From Minisyncoccia bacterium (GTDB taxonomy: Bacteria; Patescibacteriota; Minisyncoccia; Phycocordibacterales; Phycocordibacteraceae), in assembly GCA_038207395.1 (NCBI GenBank), contig JBBQZW010000001.1, positions 142,862 to 206,861 of the forward strand: a DNA stretch of 64,000 nt, in the 5' to 3' direction. The notes beneath the pieces were generated by a model. The model worked only from the letters and a program-made list of their open reading frames with translations. It ran no database searches and was not told the origin of the DNA. Below are positions 1 through 11,573 of the stretch, piece by piece. Both the position numbers and the translations under genes were made by a program. Numbering within the stretch: position 1 is the stretch's first letter; each line of letters begins with the position of its first letter.

Positions 1-987
1 ACGAATCTGAGAGAAGTCAAAGTCAATATCTTTTCCGGCGTACCATGTTTCAAGTCCAAGCGTAAGTGCATCACACCACCCTTCTTTTGAGTCGCCAACG
101 ATATGCGCGGCTACTTTTTCATTTGTCTGGAAGCTGATCTGCGGTAACTGCTGAACCGTGGCGCTTTCTACTGAGTAGCCCACACCCGTACCCTGCATAG
201 ATATATACATTATCTCTGCAAAGTCTCGGAGTTTGGTTGGGGCGATGAATGAACAATTGTATGCAGGTACGTTACAGCGATCCACTGCTTCTCCCGCAAA
301 TTGCATGAGACGCATTGATGGCATTACTTCCTGTTTGAGAATTGCTTCACGAACTTCAAGGTACTCTTTGCGTGTAAGCTTATCGCCCAAATTCTTGTAC
401 ATAAAGTTTATGTACCGGTTCACGGTTTCTACCCATGTTTCGCGACGACCTTGTTCAGGGATCCACTTAGAATAGCTTCGCAGATATACGAACTCTCCAA
501 GCGCATTATCTTTGAAATACGCCTTACTCTCATCTGCAATCTTGCGGAATTCTGCAGGAATCTCAATTGCTTCAGAACGAAGTTGGTTACGCTTATCACG
601 GTACAAAATGTATGCTTTTGCCGTTGCCGTAAAATCATTGAGCATCAACTGCTTCTCAACTGAGTCCTGAATACCTTCCACGGTAGGGAGGAAATTCTTA
701 TACTTCTTTGCAAAACGAGCCAGCTCTCCTGCCACCTGGTGTGCAACGAGAATTGCATCATCAAGACCTCCTTCACCTCCTGCATTCATTGATTTCTCAA
801 CGGCATTCACAATCTTTTCAAAAGAAAAAGGAACAATTCGCCCATCGCGCTTTTCCATTTGTGGAATCAGTTCTCGGTACCGCTTTGTTTCCCGGCTCTC
901 TGGAGCTTTCTCTACAGTAACTGCTGCAGGCGCAAGGGTCTTGGTAATCTTCTTTGCGCGAACCGGTGACTTTGCGGATTTTGCCAT
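1..987 (-). CDS. nrdJ: Class II (adenosylcobalamin-dependent) ribonucleotide reductase with N-terminal ATP-cone, 5' part (runs off window start)
   Basis: Not in ORF track. Manual translation from ATG at 987: MAKSAK...MEKRDGRIVPFSFEKIVNAVEKSM (ATP-cone), VEGIQDSVEKQLM...AKAYILYR, EVMPSMRLMQFAG, MYISMQGTGVGYSVE, VGDSKEGWCDAL (RTPR-type NrdJ motifs). Confidence 0.85.
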   Translation of the reverse strand, partial: MAKSAKSPVRAKKITKTLAPAAVTVEKAPESRETKRYRELIPQMEKRDGRIVPFSFEKIVNAVEKSMNAGGEGGLDDAILVAHQVAGELARFAKKYKNFLPTVEGIQDSVEKQLMLNDFTATAKAYILYRDKRNQLRSEAIEIPAEFRKIADESKAYFKDNALGEFVYLRSYSKWIPEQGRRETWVETVNRYINFMYKNLGDKLTRKEYLEVREAILKQEVMPSMRLMQFAGEAVDRCNVPAYNCSFIAPTKLRDFAEIMYISMQGTGVGYSVESATVQQLPQISFQTNEKVAAHIVGDSKEGWCDALTLGLETWYAGKDIDFDFSQIR

Positions 988-1131
988 GGGATGTGAGGTT
1001 AGGATAATTGGCGTCGACGAGAGATAGCGTACGTGTTTTTTGTGTGAATGCGTGCAAGAATTTCGACGTTCCACCATTGTACCCTTCTTCATTTTGACGC
1101 GATACGTGGGGACAAGTATCAGCAGAAAACA

Positions 1132-1629
1132 CTACGTTCCGTACGGCAAGGGAAGGGGAATTCGTGTCCCAATTCCCCATCCTTTGCGACGCATTTCTCC
1201 AGCCCTTACTTCAAGGACATATCTAACTGGTTCGGGTGGATAGACTGATTTAGGATAGGTATCAGGAGAAATACTGTCCTCAACACCAAGTATTGTTCCG
1301 CTGTCCGAGAGCCAAATAATATCGATCGGTACGAGCATATCTTTCATCCAAAACCCTACTCGAAATTTATGATCGAAAACAAATAGCATTCCATAGTTTT
1401 CAGGGACTAAAGAACGTCCAGAAAGACCTTGCTCTTGAGCAGTCTCCGTTGTTACTACTTCAAAATCCATTGTTTCACCGCTCTCAAGGGTGGTTGAGGC
1501 AATACTATTCTGTCCGGATGTTGATCTATAGGACAAAGATGAAATTGAAGGCGTGAAAAAAAATATGAGTCCTAAGATAAGGGACACAGTAATTACAATA
1601 TAAAGGACATGATGTCTTTTAAGGTTCAT
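1132..1629 (-). CDS. DUF192 family protein
   Basis: N-terminal TM; QEQGLSGR...GMLFVF...FWMKDMLVPIDIIWL...YVLEV motifs; start chosen at MNLKRHH. Confidence 0.85.
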   Translation of the reverse strand: MNLKRHHVLYIVITVSLILGLIFFFTPSISSLSYRSTSGQNSIASTTLESGETMDFEVVTTETAQEQGLSGRSLVPENYGMLFVFDHKFRVGFWMKDMLVPIDIIWLSDSGTILGVEDSISPDTYPKSVYPPEPVRYVLEVRAGEMRRKGWGIGTRIPLPLPYGT

Positions 1630-1672
1630 ACGGCAAGTTGATGAGTGACATACTGCCAAGTATACTCTGCGC

Positions 1673-2002
1673 ATGACTTCCTTTACGAATTTCTCACATT
1701 CTTTTTCTGATTCCGTACGCTTGGTAGTTGCAGCAATCCCTAAAGGGAAAGTCGCAACCTACGGACAAGTGGCAGAACTTGCCGGTAGGCCCCGCGCCTC
1801 AAGGGCAGTAGGTATGGTGATGCGAAATAATAAAGATACCAAAACCGTGCCTTGCCACCGAGTTGTTGGATCAACCGGTACGCTCACTGGCTATGCGTAT
1901 GGAAATGGAATCTCAACTAAAAAGGCACTTCTCCAAAAGGAAGGTGTCGCTTTTAAGGGTGAGAGGGTGCATCTTGCGCTCTCACAGTGGAAACCAGCGT
2001 AA
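1673..2002 (+). CDS. MGMT/Ogt-family alkylated-DNA repair protein
   Basis: IPKGKVATYGQVA, ASRAVG, PCHRVV active-site motif. Confidence 0.9.
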   Translation: MTSFTNFSHSFSDSVRLVVAAIPKGKVATYGQVAELAGRPRASRAVGMVMRNNKDTKTVPCHRVVGSTGTLTGYAYGNGISTKKALLQKEGVAFKGERVHLALSQWKPA

Positions 2003-2010
2003 CCAATTCA

Positions 2011-3522
2011 CTACATTGTAGAATGTTGTACTCCTAGACTTTTAAGAAATTCCAGGGCAATCTTTTTGTTCTCTGTCTTTTTTTCGGGACTCATCTTCCC
2101 GTACTGAACTCCAATGAAGCCGAGTCTTCCTTCTTTTTGTAACGTAGTGAAATGAGTTCCCACAAAGTTCCAGAAAAGCGCATCCCATATCTGAGTCCAT
2201 TCACCCCGAGGATAGTCACTCATTTTTAGTAGGTAGTTCGAGCCTGCAATATATGGTTTAGAGGTAATAAGACCTCCATCAGCATAAAGTGCCATGCTGT
2301 ACACATTCGGTACCATGACCCAGTCATAGGCATCAATAAAGAGTTCCATAAACCAGCGGTAACTGTCATCTGGTTTAAAGCCACAAAGATTCATGAAATT
2401 TCCAAGTACCATAAGTCGCGGTATGTGATGTGCGTATGCGTACGTAAGTACAGTCTTGATAGTGTCGTCAATCGGAACAATTCCCGTAGTACCTGTCCAA
2501 AATTCTGAAGGGATAGTTGTCTCTGCCTTGAAATAGTTGCTCGTGCGTGATTTCCGTCCATATACCATATACACCATTCTCATATATTCTCGCCAACCAA
2601 TGAGCTGACGGATAAAGCCTTCTACTGAAGGGAGTGGTACATTATTCGAATCTGTATAGGCAAGAGTTTCAGCCAGGACATATGCTGGCGTGAGCAGTCC
2701 TGCGTTCAAAAGCGGTGAAAGTATACTGTGGAAAAGAGTCACAGACCGCACTGACATAGCGTCTTCGTAGGGACCGAATTGTTCAAATCGCTCACGAAGA
2801 AATACCGCTAACCATAATTTAGCTTCAGCATGGGTCACTGGATAAAAGAATGCTTCGGTACTGCCGTAGTTATCAGAGAAATGTTCTTCTACCCAAGCGC
2901 GAGCTTCGTTCACATATGGATTTTTCGAAGGTTCTGGGTCTTCAGGGAGTACTATATTTTTTGGAAGTTTCTTTCTATTTTCTTCATCATAGCTCCAGGA
3001 TCCTCCGGTAGGAGTACCGTCAGTATCAAGTAATATACCAAGTCGCTTTCTTTGCCATACATAGAAGTCTTTTTGCTGAAGTCTTTTGCCTTTACTGAGT
3101 AAAGGTTCAACATATGACTTCAATAGATCTGAAGTAGTTAGGAACATTGGTGTTTCTGACACCTCAATGGATATGTCATTTTCCTTACAGGCTCGACGTA
3201 ATCCTCGCATCATCCAGTCGTCGACCAGGTCATATATAAACACTTTTTCGATAAAGTCTTTTTTGAGAAAATGTACAACATCTCCGGTATGTTTAAGCAG
3301 GTCATGGGACAAGTACGTAACGGTATAGCCTCTAGAAATTAGCTCGTCATAATACGAACGCATGCTCGCGCGATGAAACATGAGCTTTTGTTTATGAAAA
3401 CGGTACTGCGTAAACAATAACGGCTCTTCTACTAAGTAAGTCCGGCGATCTTTCTTTAGCAAGACCGAATCTTCAAAAAGCTGGTGCGGATATATGAGAA
3501 CTGCTTCTAGCGGGTTGGTCAT
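2011..3522 (-). CDS. Cryptochrome/photolyase family protein (PhrB/BCP (6-4) photolyase-like)
   Basis: YPHQLF, HKQKL..HRASM, GGSWSYDEENRK, FIRQLIGWREY, YAHHIPRLMV, DAYDWVMVPNV, KPYIAGSNY motifs. Confidence 0.88.
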   Translation of the reverse strand: MTNPLEAVLIYPHQLFEDSVLLKKDRRTYLVEEPLLFTQYRFHKQKLMFHRASMRSYYDELISRGYTVTYLSHDLLKHTGDVVHFLKKDFIEKVFIYDLVDDWMMRGLRRACKENDISIEVSETPMFLTTSDLLKSYVEPLLSKGKRLQQKDFYVWQRKRLGILLDTDGTPTGGSWSYDEENRKKLPKNIVLPEDPEPSKNPYVNEARAWVEEHFSDNYGSTEAFFYPVTHAEAKLWLAVFLRERFEQFGPYEDAMSVRSVTLFHSILSPLLNAGLLTPAYVLAETLAYTDSNNVPLPSVEGFIRQLIGWREYMRMVYMVYGRKSRTSNYFKAETTIPSEFWTGTTGIVPIDDTIKTVLTYAYAHHIPRLMVLGNFMNLCGFKPDDSYRWFMELFIDAYDWVMVPNVYSMALYADGGLITSKPYIAGSNYLLKMSDYPRGEWTQIWDALFWNFVGTHFTTLQKEGRLGFIGVQYGKMSPEKKTENKKIALEFLKSLGVQHSTM

Positions 3523-3665
3523 GGTGTGCTCTGTTTCTTTCTTTTTCCACACGCAGTGCTGCAGTAGACAATCTTTTCCCACTGGCCCCGACTTTCCCAT
3601 TTCTTACGATTAGTAAAAGTACGTTCGCAGGTAGGACATGTTTTTATCTGATCTTTTACCGTCAT
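3519..3665 (-). CDS. DUF2256-like small Cys-rich protein (48 aa)
   Basis: Not in ORF track: MTVKDQIKTCPTCERTFTNRKKWESRGQWEKIVYCSTACGKRKKQSTP*; stop overlaps photolyase start (ATGA). Confidence 0.8.
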   Translation of the reverse strand: MTVKDQIKTCPTCERTFTNRKKWESRGQWEKIVYCSTACGKRKKQSTP

Positions 3666-3716
3666 GTGAAGAGTGTACTATGCACCAATTCAAATCTTCA
3701 TACTGGCTACTATAAG

Positions 3717-3803
3717 CGGAGACGGAGAGATTCGAACTCTCGAGACCCTTTCGAGTCTGCCGCCTTTCCAAGGCGGTGCACTAGACCACTATGCGACGTC
3801 TCC
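3717..3803 (-). tRNA. tRNA-Ser(GGA)
   Basis: Reverse complement GGAGACG...CCGCC-TTGGAAA-GGCGG anticodon arm, long variable arm, GTTCGAATC T-loop, CGTCTCC-G; CCA not encoded. Confidence 0.95.
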
Positions 3804-3882
3804 AATATCAGAAGTTATAGCACAAAAGGGAAGTGAGGACTCTTCGAGCCGCCGCTTCCCTTTGTATTTTATGTACCACTGG

Positions 3883-4794
3883 TTATCCTTTCGGACCTCC
3901 AAGCAATGCACGTACGCGGTCTTCAGTAGGAGGGTGTGTTGAGAAAAGACGATTAATCCAGTCACCTGTCTTTCCAGTTTTTGTTTCTCCATACGGATCA
4001 CCTATAAACAAATGCGCTGTGGCGTGACTTACCTTCTGCATTGGTCGTCCGTAGCCTTCAATCTTCTGGAGTGCACTTGCAAGCCCTTCTGGATACCTGG
4101 TAAGAAGTGCTCCTGACGCGTCCGCTAAGAACTCACGACGACGTGATACAGCGAGCTGAATGAGTTGTGCGGCAATAGGGGCCAAAATAATTGCCACAAT
4201 ACCAACAACGAGCAGTAATCCACCACCACGGCTATTATCATCACGATTGCCACCCCAGAGCGACATACGGAGGAATATATCAGCGATAATTGCAATGAAG
4301 CCAGCAAGAACTACGGCTACCGTCATGAGGAGAATGTCGCGGTTACGGACGTGCGAAAGCTCATGTGCAATAACTCCTTCAAGTTCTGATCGACTCATCA
4401 TAGAGAGAAGCCCCGTGGTCGCTGCGACGACGGCATGCTTTTCATTGCGTCCTGTAGCAAAGGCATTGGGTGAAGGATCATCAATAACGTAGAGCTTTGG
4501 CATTTGAATTCCAGCGGTAATAGAAAGGTTCTCAGTTACCGTATAAAAATCAAAGAATTCTTCTTTTAGAGCGGGTCGTGCATTTGTCATCGAAAGAACC
4601 TGACGATCACTGAACCAGTAACTATACACATTCATGAATAAGGCAAAGAAAAGCGCAATATAAAGAATGAATGGGTTCTGATAGTAAAAAGAAACAAAAT
4701 AGCCAATACCAAGCACAATGGCGAGGAATACCGTCATGAGAAGCGCTGTGCGCCATATGTTTCGAGAACGTTCTTGATAGAGTGTGCGTGCCAT
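3883..4794 (-). CDS. htpX: Zinc metalloprotease HtpX (M48)
   Basis: PNAFATG, HELSH, SRRREFLAD, FSTHPP motifs. Confidence 0.93.
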   Translation of the reverse strand: MARTLYQERSRNIWRTALLMTVFLAIVLGIGYFVSFYYQNPFILYIALFFALFMNVYSYWFSDRQVLSMTNARPALKEEFFDFYTVTENLSITAGIQMPKLYVIDDPSPNAFATGRNEKHAVVAATTGLLSMMSRSELEGVIAHELSHVRNRDILLMTVAVVLAGFIAIIADIFLRMSLWGGNRDDNSRGGGLLLVVGIVAIILAPIAAQLIQLAVSRRREFLADASGALLTRYPEGLASALQKIEGYGRPMQKVSHATAHLFIGDPYGETKTGKTGDWINRLFSTHPPTEDRVRALLGGPKG

Positions 4795-4832
4795 GCTTCT
4801 AGTATAACGAACTGACAATTACCTGCCAGTTT

Positions 4833-5072
4833 TTACCCTGCAAGCTCAAGGTCTTTTATACGAGTTGAATGATCATCTAGTAGTTCAACAACCGTGTCTA
4901 AACGGTTTTCTACTATAGTTAAACGCTGGTTAACTTCCCGAAAACCTGTTTCTACTCTTTCTTCCAAAAGGCCAACTCTATTTTCCAGCACATCAAATCT
5001 TTTATCTACTGCCAAAAATCCATCTGCTACCATACGCCCAAGGGTATCGAGATCCATATCATCTGTTTCCAT
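4833..5072 (-). CDS. Small coiled-coil hypothetical protein
   Basis: 79 aa, heptad-like LENR/LEER repeats, co-oriented with neighbours. Confidence 0.65.
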   Translation of the reverse strand: METDDMDLDTLGRMVADGFLAVDKRFDVLENRVGLLEERVETGFREVNQRLTIVENRLDTVVELLDDHSTRIKDLELAG

Positions 5073-5148
5073 TAGCTCAGTCTACTGACTGAGTAATTAG
5101 GAATATACCAAGTTGAGATAAAGAAAAACTGAGTTATTTCTAAAGTAT

Positions 5149-5664
5149 TTATGAAGTCTGCATTGCTGCAGCTAACTTTTCTTCCACCAACTCTATTTCA
5201 TGATCAATCCCTTGGATAAGTTCATAGTTTCCTACTTCTGATGCGGAAATCCAAGCATATTCGGTCGCGTCTTCATCGAGCACAACCTCACCACCGCCAT
5301 ATTTACAGTAAAACGAGAGTACTATTGCAGGGATGCCGTCCGGACGAATGAAAGCGAGGTCGAGTAAATATTGAATATCGGTAACTTCCAAGCCAACCTC
5401 TTCCGTAATCTCCCGACGAAGTGCTGTTTCCACGGCGTTGTACCACTGAGCACTTTCACTATTTTGATACGTTGCTTCACCACTCATGTAATCAGTGGTT
5501 TCAAGTCCGCCACCAGGAACGGTCCACATATTTGGCCAGGCCTTCTTATTCGGAGATCGTTTTGTAATTAGATACGTTCGGTTCCCATTCTCATCCATTT
5601 TCCAAATGATACCGGTAATAGCTATCCGATGTAGATCGGTATGAATTGGTTCAGGAGTGGCCAT
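5149..5664 (-). CDS. NUDIX hydrolase
   Basis: WTVPGGGLE...ALRREITEEVGL Nudix box. Confidence 0.88.
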   Translation of the reverse strand: MATPEPIHTDLHRIAITGIIWKMDENGNRTYLITKRSPNKKAWPNMWTVPGGGLETTDYMSGEATYQNSESAQWYNAVETALRREITEEVGLEVTDIQYLLDLAFIRPDGIPAIVLSFYCKYGGGEVVLDEDATEYAWISASEVGNYELIQGIDHEIELVEEKLAAAMQTS

Positions 5665-5678
5665 AGGGCTATTTGATA

Positions 5679-6239
5679 CTAGAAGGAAACTTTCACTGGT
5701 TCGCGCGCTGCACTTTCTGCCTCAGTAAGCTGGAATAGATCCATGTTCTGGAACTTAAATGAGTTTGCAATAACATTTCCAGGAAATGATTGTACTGAGG
5801 TATTGAGTTCCTGAACGTTACTGTTGTAGAAACGGCGAGCGGCCTGAATCTTATCCTCAGTATCTGCGAGCTGACGCTGAAGCTCAAGGAAGTTCTGGTT
5901 TGCTTTAAGATCTGGGTAGGCTTCTGCAACGGCGAAAAGTGTCTTGAGCGTTCCAGAAAGCTGATTTTCAGCTTCTGCCTTAGCTGACGGTGTTCCTGCC
6001 TGCATAGCCTCAGAACGAGCCTTGGTAACGTTCTCAAATGCCGAACTTTCATGCGTAGCATATCCCTTTACGGTTTCTACGAGGTTAGGGATGAGGTCAT
6101 AGCGACGTTTAAGCTGAACATCAATATCTGCCCACGCTTCTTTTGTACGGTTAACTTTTGAAACAAAACCGTTGTATGAGGCGACTATATAAAGAATAAG
6201 GAGAACGACAATACCGAGGACGATGTAAAGTGGTGTCAT
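5679..6239 (-). CDS. lemA: LemA family protein
   Basis: AWADIDVQLKRRYDLIPNLVETVKGYA, EAYPDLKAN, RRFYN motifs. Confidence 0.93.
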   Translation of the reverse strand: MTPLYIVLGIVVLLILYIVASYNGFVSKVNRTKEAWADIDVQLKRRYDLIPNLVETVKGYATHESSAFENVTKARSEAMQAGTPSAKAEAENQLSGTLKTLFAVAEAYPDLKANQNFLELQRQLADTEDKIQAARRFYNSNVQELNTSVQSFPGNVIANSFKFQNMDLFQLTEAESAAREPVKVSF

Positions 6240-6271
6240 ATACGTTTATTGTAGAACGACCAGATAAAAGC

Positions 6272-6304
6272 ACAAGTGCGACTGCCGTAGGCAGTCGCAC
6301 TTGT
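6272..6304 (-). terminator. Rho-independent terminator after groEL
   Basis: 15-bp inverted repeat acaagtgcgactgcc-gta-ggcagtcgcacttgt. Confidence 0.75.
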
Positions 6305-6344
6305 TTCTTGTCTAGCAGGGAAGTGAGCTCCCTGTTTTATTCTT

Positions 6345-8359
<2,015 letters not shown>

Positions 8360-8493
8360 AGGAAATATCGTTTGAAATACCTAATAAAGAACCAATATGG
8401 GTTATGTATTGCCGTTTTACAAAAGGAACAACTTCCCTTCGTAAAAGTTATCCACAGTATATGAATCGTGCTGAAGACAGTCAAATTTTGGAA

Positions 8494-8522
8494 TTGACAA
8501 CATCTACTATTCGTAGTAAATT
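8494..8522 (+). promoter_or_regulatory. Sigma70-type promoter
   Basis: TTGACA-17 nt-TAAATT. Confidence 0.6.
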
Positions 8523-8666
8523 CCTGACAGATAGCTGTTTATGCGATTTGAGAGCGAGTCACTCCCCTCCTCAGTATGTTCTGAGAACGTGAGCGACTCG
8601 CCCTTGAATAGGGCCGCAGATATTCGGGGGTGATCCCCAAAAACACCTGCGGCAAGGAGATTGGCC

Positions 8667-9449
8667 ATGAGCCAACCCAATACCGCATTTTTTCATCCGC
8701 ACAGACCCAGTGTTCGTCTCGGCATTCGTGTCGAAGAACTATTCGAGCCTGTGAGCCAAGAAATCCGTCAAGGAGTCTTGCTCGGCTCGGCTGAGGACAT
8801 TACCGCACACGAAGGTGGCAAAAAATATCCTGCTAAGCGACCCCGCAAGGGCGCGCAAGTTGTGTGGACTCACGATGGTGAGCCACTTCCAACAACTGAT
8901 CGTTCTCTGCTCACCCACGCAAGTATCGTGGATGTGAAGACGGAACGAGGTGGAATACGCCATCTACTTTCGATGCCTCGCGACGATGGAAAGCATTTGG
9001 TGTTCATTCAAACGGGCCTTGTCGGCACGATGGATGAACATTTACACCAAGTCCTTTCGAACGCCAGCCAAGGTATTCTCCCCCAACTTCACGGCTCAGT
9101 CGCCATAGACGATGGCTCGCGCTCCGTTTCTGCTTCGCAGGAAGGTGAGTTGCCGGTCAATGTCTGTCTTGCGCAGCCGCGCCGTTTACGGTGGTGGAGA
9201 CCTCGAAAATCGTTACCCGGTATCGTAAGCGACATTCGCGCCCGCCGCATGGATCTTTGGGAGCTTGCTCCCGGTGCCGAATTATTGGTTCAGGATATAT
9301 TCCCCGGCCATGCATTTCGCATCGTGATACGTGACGGAAAAGTTCAGACTGCTGACGCACCTCGCAATTCTGCTGAATTGCTTGAAGCAGCACTCACTCA
9401 GAGCGCGCGAAAGCCAGCGCCAGAGTTTGAACCGGCCGTTGTCGCCTAA
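8667..9449 (+). CDS. Hypothetical protein (ORFan)
   Basis: 260-aa ORF with AAGGAG RBS, own promoter and terminator; no motif recognised. Confidence 0.7.
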   Translation: MSQPNTAFFHPHRPSVRLGIRVEELFEPVSQEIRQGVLLGSAEDITAHEGGKKYPAKRPRKGAQVVWTHDGEPLPTTDRSLLTHASIVDVKTERGGIRHLLSMPRDDGKHLVFIQTGLVGTMDEHLHQVLSNASQGILPQLHGSVAIDDGSRSVSASQEGELPVNVCLAQPRRLRWWRPRKSLPGIVSDIRARRMDLWELAPGAELLVQDIFPGHAFRIVIRDGKVQTADAPRNSAELLEAALTQSARKPAPEFEPAVVA

Positions 9450-9467
9450 GCTACGATGAAAAAATGC

Positions 9468-9500
9468 AGCCCCCGAGGAATTTATTCCTCGGGGGCTTTT
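9468..9500 (+). terminator. Rho-independent terminator
   Basis: agcccccgaggaa-ttta-ttcctcgggggct followed by T-run. Confidence 0.85.
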
Positions 9501-9544
9501 GATTGTCTGGTACGTGAGAATGTGCTATATTCACCGGTATCTAT

Positions 9545-9775
9545 ATGACCGCCCTACTTCCCTACTTCGAGATCATCCTTTCGGTATTACTTATCCTAGG
9601 CATCGTACTTCAGCAGCGCGGAGCTTCACTTGGAGGTGCTTTTGGTGGTGACAACTTTGCCTCTACTTTCTATAAGCGTCGTGGCGCCGAGAAATTCCTC
9701 TTTATTTCAACAAGTATCGTTGCCTTTTTGTTTATTGTTGTTGCTATCGCTAGCTTTGTATTAACGGCAGCGTAA
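9545..9775 (+). CDS. secG: Preprotein translocase subunit SecG
   Basis: LLILGIVLQQRGASLGGAFGG...RRGAEKFL, two TMs. Confidence 0.92.
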   Translation: MTALLPYFEIILSVLLILGIVLQQRGASLGGAFGGDNFASTFYKRRGAEKFLFISTSIVAFLFIVVAIASFVLTAA

Positions 9776-9789
9776 AAGCTCCCTTTCCT

Positions 9790-11463
9790 ATGGATCGAGC
9801 TTCCCGATTCATCGCATCGCTCCGTCCTTCCGATGCGGTTATTGCAGGAGTGCTTTTTAGTATCGCGTTGATTGCTTGCTTTGTTGGCGTATCTGCACTC
9901 GTGCGTTCATTTCAAATAACCATTCCTGCAAATGGAGGAACACTCACTGAAGGTATCGTTGGTAGTCCTCGGTATATCAATCCCCTTCTTGCTCTTTCAG
10001 ATAGTGACCGTGACCTAGTAGCTCTTACCTATTCTGGCCTCATGGGTCACACATCTAATGGCAGTCTTGTTCCCGTGCTTGCTGAGTCCTATACCCTTTC
10101 ACCTGACGGCACTATATATACGTTTATTCTACGAGAAACAGCTCAATTCTCTGATGGAACTCCCGTTACTGCAGATGACGTTGCCTACACGATTCAAAAA
10201 GCTCAAGATCCTGCATTAAAAAGTCCTGTTTTTGCAAACTGGTCGAATATACGAGTAGAAGCTATCGATTCACGAACGGTTCGTTTTACCCTACCAAAAG
10301 CGTATGCTCCGTTTTTAGAGGACACAACACTCGGTATATTACCTCAACACCTTTGGAAAAATTTGAGTAATGAAGAGTTTCCTTTTGCACCTCAGAATAC
10401 GATGCCTGTTGGCAGCGGACCGTTTGTTTCAAAATCGGTTACGCGAAATGCCCAAGGAGTCATAACAGGATACCTTTTGGATTCTTTCCCCCAGTATCCT
10501 TTAGGCAAACCGTACCTTTCCCATGTGCGCATACTGATATACGGAAATCAAACAGATCTTCAAACAGCGTATAAAAATGGGACGATTAAAAGTGCTTATG
10601 GCATTCCGGCGCCAAATGCGTTAAAAGCTCCGTATGCACGAGTGTTTGGGGTATTTTTTAATGACCGCACAAATCCAGCATTAAAAGATCTTGCCGTACG
10701 TAAAGCCCTTTCTTTAGCATTAGATCGTACAGCACTTACTCAGAACACTTTCGGAGGATATGCTTCAGCGCTAAACGGGCCACTACCTGCAGGAAGCAGC
10801 ATTCCAGCGATTCCAGTACCTTCTGACGAAACTCGCATGGATGAGGCTCGTGCCGCACTAACCTCTGCAGGGTACGTATACAGTCAAACCGCGCAGACCT
10901 GGAGTAAAAAAGGAGGAGAGCCGCTTTCAATTACTCTTACAACCTCAAATGTTCCTGAACTTAAAGTGGTCGCAAGTGCGGTACAGAAAGACTGGAGAGC
11001 ACTCGGAATACCGGTAGAACTTGAGCTCCATGATCCTTCTACCTTGGTTCAGAACATTATTCGTCCGCGCGCCTACGGCGCACTCCTATTCGGAGAGGTT
11101 ATTGGCTCCAGCCCTGACCTATACCCCTTTTGGGCAAGTAGTGAACGCACGAATCCAGGTCTTAACATTGCAAACTACGAAAACAAGGAAGTCGATACAC
11201 TTCTAACTAAGGCTCGTGCAGAGTCTAACCCAGAAGTGCGTAGTGATCTTCTGGGGAAGATCCAAGAAAAGATTGCCGCTGACTACCCTGCTGCATTTCT
11301 ATATACTCCTGACTTTTTATACAACGCACCTTCATCAGTTCGCGGCATAACTCTTTCACAAGTAAGTACGCCTTCTGATCGTTTCTGGGGTATCCAAAAT
11401 TGGTATATCTACACTGAGCACGTGTGGCCGATTTTTGTCCCCTCTCCACGCCCTGGCGCATAG
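9790..11463 (+). CDS. Peptide ABC transporter substrate-binding protein (family 5)
   Basis: GGTLTEG...PRYINPL, LAESY..SPDG..YTFILR, FSDGTPVTADDV, PVGSGPF. Confidence 0.88.
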   Translation: MDRASRFIASLRPSDAVIAGVLFSIALIACFVGVSALVRSFQITIPANGGTLTEGIVGSPRYINPLLALSDSDRDLVALTYSGLMGHTSNGSLVPVLAESYTLSPDGTIYTFILRETAQFSDGTPVTADDVAYTIQKAQDPALKSPVFANWSNIRVEAIDSRTVRFTLPKAYAPFLEDTTLGILPQHLWKNLSNEEFPFAPQNTMPVGSGPFVSKSVTRNAQGVITGYLLDSFPQYPLGKPYLSHVRILIYGNQTDLQTAYKNGTIKSAYGIPAPNALKAPYARVFGVFFNDRTNPALKDLAVRKALSLALDRTALTQNTFGGYASALNGPLPAGSSIPAIPVPSDETRMDEARAALTSAGYVYSQTAQTWSKKGGEPLSITLTTSNVPELKVVASAVQKDWRALGIPVELELHDPSTLVQNIIRPRAYGALLFGEVIGSSPDLYPFWASSERTNPGLNIANYENKEVDTLLTKARAESNPEVRSDLLGKIQEKIAADYPAAFLYTPDFLYNAPSSVRGITLSQVSTPSDRFWGIQNWYIYTEHVWPIFVPSPRPGA

Positions 11464-11573
11464 GTCTTTTTTAAGGTATTCTTGTGAATAAGTTTCCCCT
11501 TATGGGTAGTGCATAAAACTATTATTTAGCTTTGATTATTCCGCATTTCTTTAAATGCTAACCCCAATCTAGT

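Noticed and set aside
818-1180. Track ORF of 120 aa and the small plus-strand ORFs at 233-920
   Set aside because: Alternative frames or antisense of the nrdJ gene starting at 987.
3717-3803. tRNA-Ser as an integration site
   Set aside because: No duplicated 3' end or integrase nearby.
8448-8456. Perfect DnaA box TTATCCACA upstream of groES
   Set aside because: Single box with no cluster or dnaA/dnaN nearby; not enough for an origin. No CIRCE element seen either.
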